Positions 48,399 through 64,000 of a stretch of 64,000 nt of DNA are shown here, one piece after another (the stretch's first letter is position 1; each line of letters begins with the position of its first letter). Both the position numbers and the translations under genes were made by a program. This DNA comes from Blastocystis sp. Blastoise (lineage: Eukaryota; Protista; Bigyra: Opalinata), in NCBI GenBank assembly GCA_039096225.1, contig JBBPEB010000014.1, positions 1,240,001 to 1,304,000 on the forward strand. Reading direction: 5' to 3'. Below the pieces are notes generated by a model. The model was given only the letters and a program-made list of their open reading frames with translations, had not been told where the DNA came from and searched no databases.

Positions 48399-50927
48399 TT
48401 AATAAGACACCCAATTATTATTTTCATCATAATAACCAGTTGCATCAGCAGTATTTTCTACCCAATTACCATTTTCATCGATATATCCAGTTTCAGCAGG
48501 AGCATTCTCAACCCAATTACCATTTTCATCATAATAACCAGTTTCAGCAGGAGCATTCTCAACCCAGTTTCCATTTTCATCATAATAACCATTTGCATCA
48601 GCAGCATTCTCGACCCAATTACCATTTTCATCGTAATAGCCAGCTGCATCAGTAGCAGTATTTTCTACCCAATTACCATTTTCATCGTAATAGCCAGCTG
48701 CATCAGTAGCAGCATTCTCGACCCAATTACCATTTTCATCATAATAACCAGTTTCAGAAGTAGCAGGTTGTTCTTCAGAAGTAGCAGGTTGTTCTTCAAC
48801 AGGTTGTTCTTCAGCAGGTTGTTCTTCAGAAGTAGCAGGTTGTTCTTCAACAGGTTGTTCTTCAGAAGTAGCAGGTTGTTCTTCAATAGTAGGTTGTTCT
48901 TCAACAGGTTGTTCTTCTTCTACAGCAGGTTGTTCTTCAACAACAGCAGGTTGTTCTTCAATAGCAGGTTGTTCTTCAACAGGTTGTTCTTCTTCTACAG
49001 CAGGTTGTTCTTCAACAACAGCAGGTTGTTCTTCAATAGCAGGTTGTTCTTCAATAGCAGGTTGTTCTTCAACAGGTTGTTCTTCTTCTACAGCAGGTTG
49101 TTCTTCAACAGGTTCTTCAGCAGGTTCTTCAACAACAGGTTGTTCTTCAACAGGTTGTTCTTCAACAGGTTCTTTTTCTACAACAGTTTCTTCTTCTGCA
49201 ACAGGTTGTTCTTCTACAACAGGTTGTTCAGAATATTGTTCTTCTTCTGCAACAGGTTGTTCTTCAATATATTGTTCAGTAGATTGGTTATATTGTTCAA
49301 CAGCAGGTTCTTCAACAGGTTCTTCAACATATTTTTCAGCAGGTTGTTCTACAGCATATTCTTCTACAACAGCAGGTTGTTCTTCTTCAACAACAGCAGG
49401 TTGTTCTTCTTCAACAACAGCAGGTTGTTCTTCTACAACAACAGCAGGTTGTTCTTCTACAACTGGTTCAACAACAGTAACAGCAGGAGTTGGTTTTTCT
49501 GTTGAAGATTGAGAAAGAGTATTTGAATTAGCAACGCTAGTATTTTGTTCTTTTTTATTAATATTTGTTTGAGGTTCATAAGTATCAAGATCAAGTATAT
49601 GAGGTTTATAAGTATAAGATTCGACAGGTTTAGTTTCTTTCTTACTAAGAGTAGAAGAAGAAGGAGTAGTATATATAGAAGATACTTTAGATTGACTAGT
49701 AGTTTTAGTAGTTTGTGGTTTTATAGTTTGTTTAGTAGAATTAGGTACATAAACATCATTAGTTTTAACAGGTTTCGTATTAGCAGTAGCTTTAAAAACA
49801 CAAGGAGGAAGATAAACTGACTTGACAGGTTTTTTTAATTTAATCATTTCTTCTTCTTTTTTCTTTTCTTCTTGTTTTAGTTTTTCATCTAAATCGATTT
49901 CATGAAGTCTATTTTTCAAAGAAGAAGTAGCTCGCATATAACGAGGTTTCTGATTATCATTACGAAGAGATACAGAAACAGGTCGTTTTGATATAGAATT
50001 ATTTATAGGAGCTGTTTTAGATGTATTATTATTAGTATTATTAGTACTTGTTTTGGGTGTAGATGTAGTTGATTTATCTAAAGTATGATATACAAAAGGT
50101 TTTGTAGCATGATTTCGATGAGGTACAACGACAGGTTCAGGAATATATTTTGATTCTACGCGATGAGAAGAAGCTACTGTAGGTTTCATATAACTATATT
50201 CTTTAATAGGTTTTTGGAAGAGACTCTTAATAGAATCACGATTTAATTTAGCAGGAACAGGAATATCACGATCTTCAACGGAAGGACCAGTAATAACAAA
50301 TTTACTAAGTGGGTCTTCCTTTTCAGAAAGTTCTTTCTTACATTTATTTTGAAAAGAAGCTGTAGTTTTCATAAAACTAGGTAAAGTACCAGTAGATTCA
50401 ATAGGTTTAGATATTTTCTTCGGTATAGGTTTTGAAGGAATAGAAGCTTCGAGTATAGATGCTTTTGTAGGTTTCATATAATGAGGTAATTCACCTGAAA
50501 CAACAGGAATTGCACGTGGTTTGACTACAGGTTTATGTACTTCTTCAGCTTTCTTCTCACGAATAAGAAGAGACTTAGTAAGTCTCATATAACTAGGAGT
50601 CTCCTTTGTTACATCAATAGGTTTTGGCATTTTAAAAGGTTTAGGAGCCTCAGTTTTAGCAGTTTGCATAATAGAAGCCTTTGTAGCCCTCATGAAATTA
50701 GGAATATCGCCAGACTTATCGTCAATAGGCTTTGATCTAAAACGTTTAGTTTCCAAATAAGAATATTTATCTTGATTAGTATTTGTCTGACGACTGATGG
50801 ATGCAGCTGTTTCCATAACATAATGAGGGACATAATTCGAACTTGCCTGAAGAGATTGACGAGGCGTTTGAATAGCTAAGCTTGAAGATGCTGACTGAAT
50901 AGGAGTAAAAACTTTATCATATTCCAT
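48399..50927 (-). CDS. Intronless 842-aa repeat protein: 7 Px(Y/F)MxxTxS-like motifs, EEQP acidic repeats, 7 GYYDENGNWVE-type repeats
   Basis: Long uninterrupted ORF with the repeats visible in translation; paralog of 52037-52888. Confidence 0.85.
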   Translation of the reverse strand: MEYDKVFTPIQSASSSLAIQTPRQSLQASSNYVPHYVMETAASISRQTNTNQDKYSYLETKRFRSKPIDDKSGDIPNFMRATKASIMQTAKTEAPKPFKMPKPIDVTKETPSYMRLTKSLLIREKKAEEVHKPVVKPRAIPVVSGELPHYMKPTKASILEASIPSKPIPKKISKPIESTGTLPSFMKTTASFQNKCKKELSEKEDPLSKFVITGPSVEDRDIPVPAKLNRDSIKSLFQKPIKEYSYMKPTVASSHRVESKYIPEPVVVPHRNHATKPFVYHTLDKSTTSTPKTSTNNTNNNTSKTAPINNSISKRPVSVSLRNDNQKPRYMRATSSLKNRLHEIDLDEKLKQEEKKKEEEMIKLKKPVKSVYLPPCVFKATANTKPVKTNDVYVPNSTKQTIKPQTTKTTSQSKVSSIYTTPSSSTLSKKETKPVESYTYKPHILDLDTYEPQTNINKKEQNTSVANSNTLSQSSTEKPTPAVTVVEPVVEEQPAVVVEEQPAVVEEEQPAVVEEEQPAVVEEYAVEQPAEKYVEEPVEEPAVEQYNQSTEQYIEEQPVAEEEQYSEQPVVEEQPVAEEETVVEKEPVEEQPVEEQPVVEEPAEEPVEEQPAVEEEQPVEEQPAIEEQPAIEEQPAVVEEQPAVEEEQPVEEQPAIEEQPAVVEEQPAVEEEQPVEEQPTIEEQPATSEEQPVEEQPATSEEQPAEEQPVEEQPATSEEQPATSETGYYDENGNWVENAATDAAGYYDENGNWVENTATDAAGYYDENGNWVENAADANGYYDENGNWVENAPAETGYYDENGNWVENAPAETGYIDENGNWVENTADATGYYDENNNWVSY
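48402..49470 (-). repeat. Coding tandem repeats: GYYDENGNWVE units (about 48402-48755) and EEQP(A/V) units (about 48760-49470)
   Basis: Repeated accca(a/g)tt(a/t)ccattttcatc and ggttgttcttc units in the DNA. Confidence 0.9.
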
Positions 50928-52036
50928 TCGTATGTTCTGTTCTTATATTCAAGATTATAATGTAGTATTTAAGAGAAGCTTTTCGTCTCACAAATCCACA
51001 GAATACACAAATAAACTGTTTTTTGAATACGAAAAAGTACTGATCTTTGTTTGTTTACGTTGACAAAAAATGACTACGAATTCTGAAATCCCCGTGAGAA
51101 TCTACATTTCTTAAAGGAAAACACCAAATCATGAAAAATAACAAAAATTTTTGATTGTATTACGACTTGATCACTTTATCTTGTACGTGCATACTTAAAT
51201 TGATCTTCAATACCTTCTTCTATCTCTTTGAAATAATAATTATTAGTTGTAATGAAATGGAAGCATATGCAACATCTTTTTTTAAATAGAAATGAGTTTT
51301 TATTTTATTGATATGTTTATTCTTGATTTGCATTTCATGTAGAGATTATTTGAGATGATGAAATAAACATTTAAAAGAACATGGTATCAATTGTCGTTAT
51401 TCCTGTGATTAAAATACTATAAAAAGTATTTAAATAGGATCATGCATGTATATATATTCAGTGTATCTCCAATACACAAATAAAAAATATTTATTCTTAG
51501 AGAATCACACATTTTAAACGAAAGCCTTAAATTTCTATGTCATCAAAAATTACTATTTTTTTTTTAATTTATTATATATACAAAAGTTATAAATATATAA
51601 TTATTTCATTTGAGTATTGAGCTAGGAAGAAACAAGAAATAAATAAATAATAATAAATCATATATAAAATTCTTAGCAGCATCATATATATATATAATAT
51701 AGCCAATAAGAAACTCATCATAAATATCCTTCAAATATATTGTTTAAAAAAATAGATGAATAGTAATAAAAGAAGCAAAATGAAAATGGAGTGATTCAAA
51801 CATTTTTTGTGATATTTGAATCATGCCGAATTTCTTTTTTGAATATCATTTTTATTCGTGGAAATTTCAAATTTTTCTTAACAGTTTTGAAAATAATATG
51901 GATTTAGTAGATGAATAACATTTGAAATTCAAATTTCAATCCCATATAATAAAAGTTCTTAGATTTGTATAAAGTATAGTAATCTAAAATTGTAAAGGAT
52001 ATAATCTATAGGATCTTTAATAAAATACGAATAATT

Positions 52037-52888
52037 ATGGAAGATAAAAAAATATTTAGACCCATTAGTCCTGAATTCAAGCAGATGTCGGTAGTTTCAC
52101 AAACTCAGAAAGAAACAAAAGATACTAAATATGTTCCTCACTTTATGACAGATACTAGTTCCAGTAAAATTCGTTATACGCCAGAAAAGAAGAAAGAGAT
52201 TCCTTGTGATACAAAGAACTTCAAGACAAAGGAAATACCTTCCTTGAAATCCAAAGATGTTCCACATTTCATGACAAATACAAAGTCATTTGCAAAAAAA
52301 ATCGAGCATGAAACTCCCAAGAGTACTTGTGTAAAATCAAAGGAAATACCAACTACGAAATCAAATATTCCTCATTTTATGACTGCTACTGAATCTTCTT
52401 CAAAGAGAGTTGAACCAGAACAGAAAACAGTAGTTCATGTTTTAAAGAGTAAACCTATTGATTCTAAAGATATTCCTAATTTTATGAAAGCTACAAAGTC
52501 TTATGAAGCACGTACAACTCTTGAGAAAGCTAAAGTACAGCAAATCAAATCTAAAGAAATTCCAGTAAATACCATTCATAGACCTCGTTTTATGTTACCG
52601 ACAGAATCCTTTAAACGTCGTGTAGAAACAAAACCTACTGTAGATCCATTAGAACGTGTTAAGAATATTAAACCTATAGCAAAAGATGAACATAATTTAC
52701 CTCATTTTATTAAACCTACAGCTTCTTTCTTAAGTAAAACAGATAAAACACGTGTAGATATTAGTGATACTGCAGAAGAATTTATTATTGAACCTTTAAC
52801 TGCTGAAGAGCAAGAAGCTTTAGAAGAATCAAAACTAAAAACAAAAATCTATAAGAAAGTTTCCAAAACTATGAGTACTAAAGTGTAA
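52037..52888 (+). CDS. Intronless 283-aa protein with 6 P(H/N/R)F(M/I)xxTxS repeats, divergent paralog of the 842-aa gene
   Basis: Similar N-terminus (MEDKKIFRPIS vs MEYDKVFTPIQ) and shared IPNFMxATKx motif. Confidence 0.85.
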   Translation: MEDKKIFRPISPEFKQMSVVSQTQKETKDTKYVPHFMTDTSSSKIRYTPEKKKEIPCDTKNFKTKEIPSLKSKDVPHFMTNTKSFAKKIEHETPKSTCVKSKEIPTTKSNIPHFMTATESSSKRVEPEQKTVVHVLKSKPIDSKDIPNFMKATKSYEARTTLEKAKVQQIKSKEIPVNTIHRPRFMLPTESFKRRVETKPTVDPLERVKNIKPIAKDEHNLPHFIKPTASFLSKTDKTRVDISDTAEEFIIEPLTAEEQEALEESKLKTKIYKKVSKTMSTKV

Positions 52889-54170
52889 TAATCATTCTTC
52901 ATCTCTTCTAGGATAGATACTTTTTTAGATATATATATATTTATTTATTTACTTTTTTATATATTTATGTAAATTTTTTTAGAATTATTAGATATTAAAT
53001 ATTCATATCATTATATAGTTTTCACATGTATTCTATTTATATTTTTCTTTTTCTAAAAAAAATGTAGCTCTCTTTATTTATATATTCATGTTTATACTAG
53101 TTATCTTTATTCATAACAATTTTCGAATCAGTTTTAATTATTAATATATATAAATATTAGTTTGAAGAACTTTATATATTCTCTTTCTCTTACTTTTTCT
53201 ATTCCTATAGAAAAAATATTAATTTATAGAGATTTTTTTTTTTTTATATTTTTATTTTGCTTCTATTCAATCTATAGTAATATATACTTATGATGTGCTT
53301 AACTTATATATATCTATGATTTCTTTGCCTTGAATAATATATATACTATTTCTTTAGAATTTATTTTTTAGTTTCACTTAAGATTTATATATATATTTTT
53401 TTAATTTTTTACTATATATTATCGAATTTATTAATAATTTGGTTTTTTCTTTATTACTTATTTTTATTAACTCTTGTATCTCTTCTTTCACTTTTGAATT
53501 TTTCTTTCTTTTATGCAAATACTTGTATATTTCTTTATTTGTTATGCTCTTTCTTTCGTTGTATTCTTATTCAAAATGATATATGAATAATTATTATCGA
53601 TAGCATTGTTTTGACACTATTAGGTACTTTGATGTTTTAAGAAAATGATTGAATAAGAACCTGAATTATACCAATCATTTATTATGAAAGGTCAAAAGTA
53701 CCTTATACTGATGACCCTTATAAATAGAATCATTCCAGAATATTAGTATTCTCTTAAAGAATAAGTATATATTCTTGTATTTCATATAAATGATATACTG
53801 TTATCTTTTTCAAATTGTGAAAACATTAAAACGAAACACAAGATTCATAATATAAAACCTAAAAAAAACAAAAAAAAAAGAATAGTTTATAATTTACACA
53901 TTCTTAAACGAATAGTAAAATGAAAAGAAAGAAAATAAAAAGAAATAATATCTATATATACAAAAATATATATTTCTAATGAATCATAATATAATAATTA
54001 TATATACTAACCTATACCATATTTACATATAACAAGCAACGATTTTGAAATAAAGGATACATCTTTTCTTATAAGACTCATAAACGAAATAAAATAGGAT
54101 CTCTTAAATCTACTATTGATATGATAAGAAAAGAAACAAAAAAATGCTTAAATACATAACCTAGAAATAA

Positions 54171-55022
54171 TTACAAATTCAATTCTGTTTCTACAATTCC
54201 ATAATAACAAAAGGATGAAATTAACTTTAATGGTTTTGGACACTGTTTTAAAAAAGAAATGATTGAATGATGGCTAGCAACTTTTATAGGAACACCAAGA
54301 GCCTTCTCAACTTCATCACGAAATGAAGCATACTCTCTAGAACGTATATTGATAAACCAAATACGTAATCTAGAAACATCAATTTGCGTGATTATACTTA
54401 AATGATTAAATTGATTTTGATCAGGATATGGATCCAAAATATGGTCATATATCCAACTATAAAGAACAATTTTCTGATGAATAGAGAATGCATGCTTTCT
54501 TTGCTCTCTCCCTTGGAATCGTAATAATTCTTCAATAAAAGGTACTGACTTACTCATTTCATCATAAAATGAAACTAGATCTGTAATATTCCTCATTATA
54601 ACATTATGGAACTGCCGATAATATAAATCGTAAGATAATTCTGAAGAAAGTTGAAGAGATATAGACTGTGTTTTATATATACAAGAACTAATTCTTTTTA
54701 AGCAGGCATAGAGTTTCTTATTTGATCTTTCGATAAGTGAACGATGAAAGGAATTTTGAGAGTATAATTGAGAACCACAATAATAGATTAAGTCATAAAG
54801 CTTACAATATTGTTGGAAGAAAGGCTTGATCTTTTCTAGATATGAAGGACAATAGAAATATGTCCGAAAAGTATCAAAAAGAACATCATTCAAAAATCCT
54901 TTATAGACCATATAACTAGCACAATAGTTGTAATTGTTTTTATTTTCATTTTCTTTTATTGGTATTGACATAACTATGACATTTGAATAAGCAGATATTG
55001 AAACAATTTGATTCTTAGACAT
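54171..55022 (-). CDS. Intronless TALE-class homeodomain protein
   Basis: LYSWIYDHILDPYPDQ...LRIWFINIRSRE has the TALE PYP insertion and WFINxR helix 3. Confidence 0.8.
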   Translation of the reverse strand: MSKNQIVSISAYSNVIVMSIPIKENENKNNYNYCASYMVYKGFLNDVLFDTFRTYFYCPSYLEKIKPFFQQYCKLYDLIYYCGSQLYSQNSFHRSLIERSNKKLYACLKRISSCIYKTQSISLQLSSELSYDLYYRQFHNVIMRNITDLVSFYDEMSKSVPFIEELLRFQGREQRKHAFSIHQKIVLYSWIYDHILDPYPDQNQFNHLSIITQIDVSRLRIWFINIRSREYASFRDEVEKALGVPIKVASHHSIISFLKQCPKPLKLISSFCYYGIVETELNL

Positions 55023-56362
55023 CAAAATTATTTAACTCACAATTCTTTATATAATATTCTAACCAATTCTAAATACTTATTTGGATAATTCAATTCAGTA
55101 TACTTTAAAATAACAATAATATAAATGTCTTCTGTTAACCACTGCAACTAGATACACCTAATTTCTTAGTACTTTATGACCTTTTTTAACAGATGCATAT
55201 TTTTAGAATTTATTAGCCAAATAGTACATTTTCCCACGGAAATACGGATCGAGTCGCAAATTTTTTTAGTAGATTCATCAAAAACCCTCAACTTCAACTT
55301 TTTGTAAACATATTACTTGCAGAGGAAATAATTTAAAAAATGACACAATTTCATAATATTATACATTCATCTTCTCTCAAGATATATTCATATTATATAA
55401 AGAGCAAAACAATATCAATTCCAGAAAAAACTGTTGAGTAATGTTGACCATGAAAACGTCAACTGTACTCAAAAAAACAATTTCTTTTGTACCTATCAAG
55501 GCCCAATGTCAGCTGTATACATTTCCTAATTCAAAGCTAAGTTTTTCCTAGTTATTCAAACAGAAAAACAACAGTAAAAGACAGTCCAAAACAAAAAAAT
55601 AATCAATATTATCGCTCCAATTGATCATTTATATATCCTTTTATATTAAATTTGAATTTATAATTATATTCTATGAAAAATAAATCAAAAAAGAAACAAC
55701 AAGAAAAAAAGAAATCGCATAAACGCAATGTAAATGCTTTTAAATCAGCAGAAAAAGAAATGCATTAGGCATTATCATATAGTTGCATTTGATACATATT
55801 AGAATTTAGATGTATATGATCAATTCAAAAAGAAAACAAGTCGTAGTTGACAAATTTTCTTTCCACAAATAATCTTCAATATCAATCATTGTTTTTAATC
55901 TAAGAAAATCATAAAAAACAATAAAATGGCAACGTGTATCAAATCAAAGAGAGCATAATTTCTTACAGATAAGAATAGCATGAATACCAATAAGAAAAAC
56001 AAAGTAAACAGCAAAGACAAATGACTATTGTTTTTATTTCATATCAAATTTTCATATATATCTTAACTACGATTCATATGAGAACAATATGAATAAATAA
56101 GAAAAAGAAAATGACAATTACACAATAATCACACCTTTACTTTCTCTTGTTTTCTTTGTTTTCTTTATATATAAAACAGTGTTGCTCAATCAACTACTCA
56201 TGAGAAACGGCTTCTTTTCAAAGCCATAACTTAAAAGACAACGAGTCCACCATTTTTTATTATTTCCATAAAAATTCGCTATGTATGACTGAATTTTTTC
56301 TTTTTTTTTCTAAGAAAGAAACCAATTGTTTATCTATTATTCTTTATTTATCAACAAGAAAA

Positions 56363-61557
<5,195 letters not shown>

Positions 61558-62660
61558 TTTATTTGTCCTTATTTTTTTTTATTTTCTTCTAATATATCAA
61601 CATATATATTTTTTGTGTTGTTATTAGACGAACATAATATAATAAAAAGAATGTGTTGTGTTTTTAGTTAGAATCAAATAAAATAAAACAAAAAAGAAAA
61701 AACAAAGGAGTTCTCATTTCATTTTTCGTTTTTTATATTTACATATATATTTTTCTTTATTATTTTTATAAAATTCATTTTTATAAGCAACATTATAGAT
61801 ATTTTTTTGTATAGATAGCTCTTTCACCATAACTCATAATTAAAGAATGAAATATTTTTTTATTTTCTTTTTTTCTTCATAAAACATGATTTACTGATTT
61901 ATAATATATCTCTCAAACCCATAAATAATACAAATATATATGATTATCAACTCACTAAATTATATTGATCGATTATGAATTTATTATTTTTAGAGAAATA
62001 TATATTTTCAGCTAATATCATGTTTTGAAAAATATCATATATGGATTCAGATTCAATTACACAAATATTTTTTTATAATTATAATTTATTTATATATAAA
62101 GCAAGTATTATTCTATATTTGTATATCTCATTAATGGCCTATTATCTTTATCATGTCTAATAGGCAAAAGCTACATCATAAAACTTATAAATGACTTATA
62201 ATAGAGTTTCAAACATACCAGAAGTCGATGATATTCATATCTACTGTTTCGATATATAAAATAATCGGTAAAACTTATCCTATCATATGAAAACAAAATA
62301 ATTCTCATCTCTATAGAATAATCATGAATATGTTTTAGACCGAAAACAAGTATTTCGTCCAATAAATAGGTACATATTATGAGAAATGAATGGTAATTTA
62401 TGATGTATCATGTTTTATTTAGGATATATATATTATCATAAGGCCCATAATTTTATGAATGGTTTTTCATTTTCTTGTTTTTCCTTTCATTTCACAAAAA
62501 ACTTTTGGTATGTCTCTCTATTTATCATACATATATTTGATATTTTACTATTCTATTTTTATATTATATGCATACATTTGATATGGTGAATAATTGTTTT
62601 CTTTTTATAGCGGTTAAATTTGATTGAGTTAAGTTATCTATTTCTCTGTCTCCGTGTAAA

Positions 62661-63632
62661 ATGAGTTCTCGTACTTATTCTGATAAGAAAAACGCCTACT
62701 TTGAACGTGTTCATGAAATTCTCACTGAATACAACAAACTTTTCTTTGTTGAAATTGATCACGTTACTTCTAAGCAAATTGCTGATATCCGTAAGTCTCT
62801 CCGTGGTGAAGCTGTTCTCCTTTTCGGTAAGAAGACTATGATCAGATGTTGTATTCACCAATATCTTCATCATCATCATGAACATCCTATTAAACAAATT
62901 GTTGATAAGATTCATGGTAACTGTGGTCTTGTTTTCGTTAAGAACGATTTAGCTCATGTTAAGGAAGTTATTCTTGAAAATAAGGTTCCTGCTCCCGCTA
63001 AGGTCGGTACTCACGCTCCCGTTGAAGTTATTGTCCCTGCCGGTCCTACTGGTTGCGATCCTTCTCAAACCAACTGGTTCCAAGCTCTTAATATTCCCAC
63101 TAAGATTGTCAAGGGTCAAATTGAAATTGCTAACCCTATTACTCTTATTAAAGTCGGTGAAAAGGTTCTCCCTGGTCAAGCTGCTCTTTTAGATAAGCTT
63201 AACATTCGTCCTTTCTCTTATGGTATGAAGATCACTCTTGTCTATGATGATGGTGCTATCTATGATCCTAAGGTTCTTGATCTTAAGGAATCCGATATTC
63301 TCGGTTCTTTCTTCGCTGCCGTCAATAAGGTTGCTGCTATTTCTCTTGCTTGTGGTTATCCTACCCTTGCTTCTATGCCTCACTCTATCAACAACGCTTT
63401 CAAGAAGCTTGTTGCTATTGTTGCTAATGAAGGTATTGATTATACTTTCCCTAAGGCTGAACCTTTCCTTGCTTATCTTGCTGATCCTTCTGCCTTTGCT
63501 GTAGCTGCTGCTCCTGCTGCTTCTACTGATGCTCCTGCTGAAGAAGAAAAGAAAGAAGAAGAAGAAGAAGAAGAAGAAGACTTAGGTGGTGCTGGTGGTC
63601 TTTTCGGTGGTGATGATGATGATGACTGGTAA
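62661..63632 (+). CDS. RPLP0: 60S acidic ribosomal protein P0 (uL10), intronless CDS; probable 5' UTR intron about 62507-62610
   Basis: SKQIADIRKSLRG, GKKTMIR, GPTGCDP, IPTKIVKGQIEI, LNIRPFSYG, acidic tail GGLFGGDDDDDW; strongly biased codon usage. Confidence 0.98.
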   Translation: MSSRTYSDKKNAYFERVHEILTEYNKLFFVEIDHVTSKQIADIRKSLRGEAVLLFGKKTMIRCCIHQYLHHHHEHPIKQIVDKIHGNCGLVFVKNDLAHVKEVILENKVPAPAKVGTHAPVEVIVPAGPTGCDPSQTNWFQALNIPTKIVKGQIEIANPITLIKVGEKVLPGQAALLDKLNIRPFSYGMKITLVYDDGAIYDPKVLDLKESDILGSFFAAVNKVAAISLACGYPTLASMPHSINNAFKKLVAIVANEGIDYTFPKAEPFLAYLADPSAFAVAAAPAASTDAPAEEEKKEEEEEEEEDLGGAGGLFGGDDDDDW

Positions 63633-63832
63633 ATCATTTAGCCAAAGACAGTTTATAGTCTTAAACACTGTTAAACTCATAATTCAATCAATCTGCAAAT
63701 TTTGTTTTGTTTTTCTTTTTGTAAAAAATATATATAGTTTTTAATTATTTTAAATAACGAAACAATGAAAAGATAAGATAGCTTTCTAATATAATTAAGA
63801 AACTATATATAATATGTGCTTTTTAAAATTTT

Positions 63833-63934
63833 TTATTCGTTACTATTTTCATGTTGATGTTCTTTTAAGGTTTCTACAACTTTCTCAACATTAGCTTCAA
63901 GATAAAGACTAGTAGCTTCAACATAAACATTACC
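63833..63934 (-). CDS. Last exon of an unidentified gene continuing beyond the window
   Basis: TATAG acceptor then GNVYVEATSLYLEANVEKVVETLKEHQHENSNE and TAA, with exon-like base composition. Confidence 0.6.
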   Translation of the reverse strand, partial: GNVYVEATSLYLEANVEKVVETLKEHQHENSNE

Positions 63935-64000
63935 CTATATATTATAATATTATTTTAGACAATAATAAATAAATAATAAATATAATAAATAAATAATAAA

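Noticed and set aside
48402-48755. Regularly spaced direct repeats resembling a CRISPR array
   Set aside because: They are in-frame coding repeats (GYYDENGNWVE) with related spacers, in a eukaryotic gene with no cas genes.
55030-56360. Possible hidden gene or ncRNA in long intergenic regions (also 7620-8570, 52890-54170, 61560-62500)
   Set aside because: No exon-like frame, tRNA cloverleaf or recognisable snRNA/snoRNA motif seen by eye; a covariance-model search would be needed.

Overview
Very AT-rich, intron-dense eukaryotic chromosome segment. A stramenopile such as a Blastocystis-like gut protist is my inference from the gene set, the P0 C-terminus, a minor-type intron and TGTTTGTT-like 3' motifs; the window does not prove it. 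Manual splicing gives 16 complete genes and 2 partial genes: CHD remodeller (runs off the left edge), Pds5, scramblase, a 7TM protein, MED7, a ZGRF1-like helicase, Lsm2, a large type I surface protein, CTP synthase, a TRF-like Myb protein, ceramide synthase, an MBOAT, two divergent PxxM-repeat paralogs, a TALE homeobox gene, NEMF/Rqc2, RPLP0 and one 3' exon at the right edge. About 140 introns were traced by hand; most are GT-AG and built from (TA)n/(TAT)n microsatellite, some purely GT(AT)nAG. The main result is a cluster of non-canonical splice junctions: GT-AC in MBOAT and probably ZGRF1, AT-AG or GT-AT in CTP synthase, probably GT-AT in NEMF, and a GT-less donor in Pds5, alongside a U12-type AT-AC intron in Lsm2, a GC-AG intron and a 5-nt microexon. 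Other notable signals are a single in-frame TAA at the conserved Q/E of the CHD SNF2 motif and a strong exonic excess of the palindromes (TT)CCCGCGGG(AA) and CACGTG. Consensus errors near TA repeats are the main alternative explanation and cannot be excluded without reads or RNA-seq. No prokaryotic features, RNA genes, CRISPR arrays or transposons were recognised.
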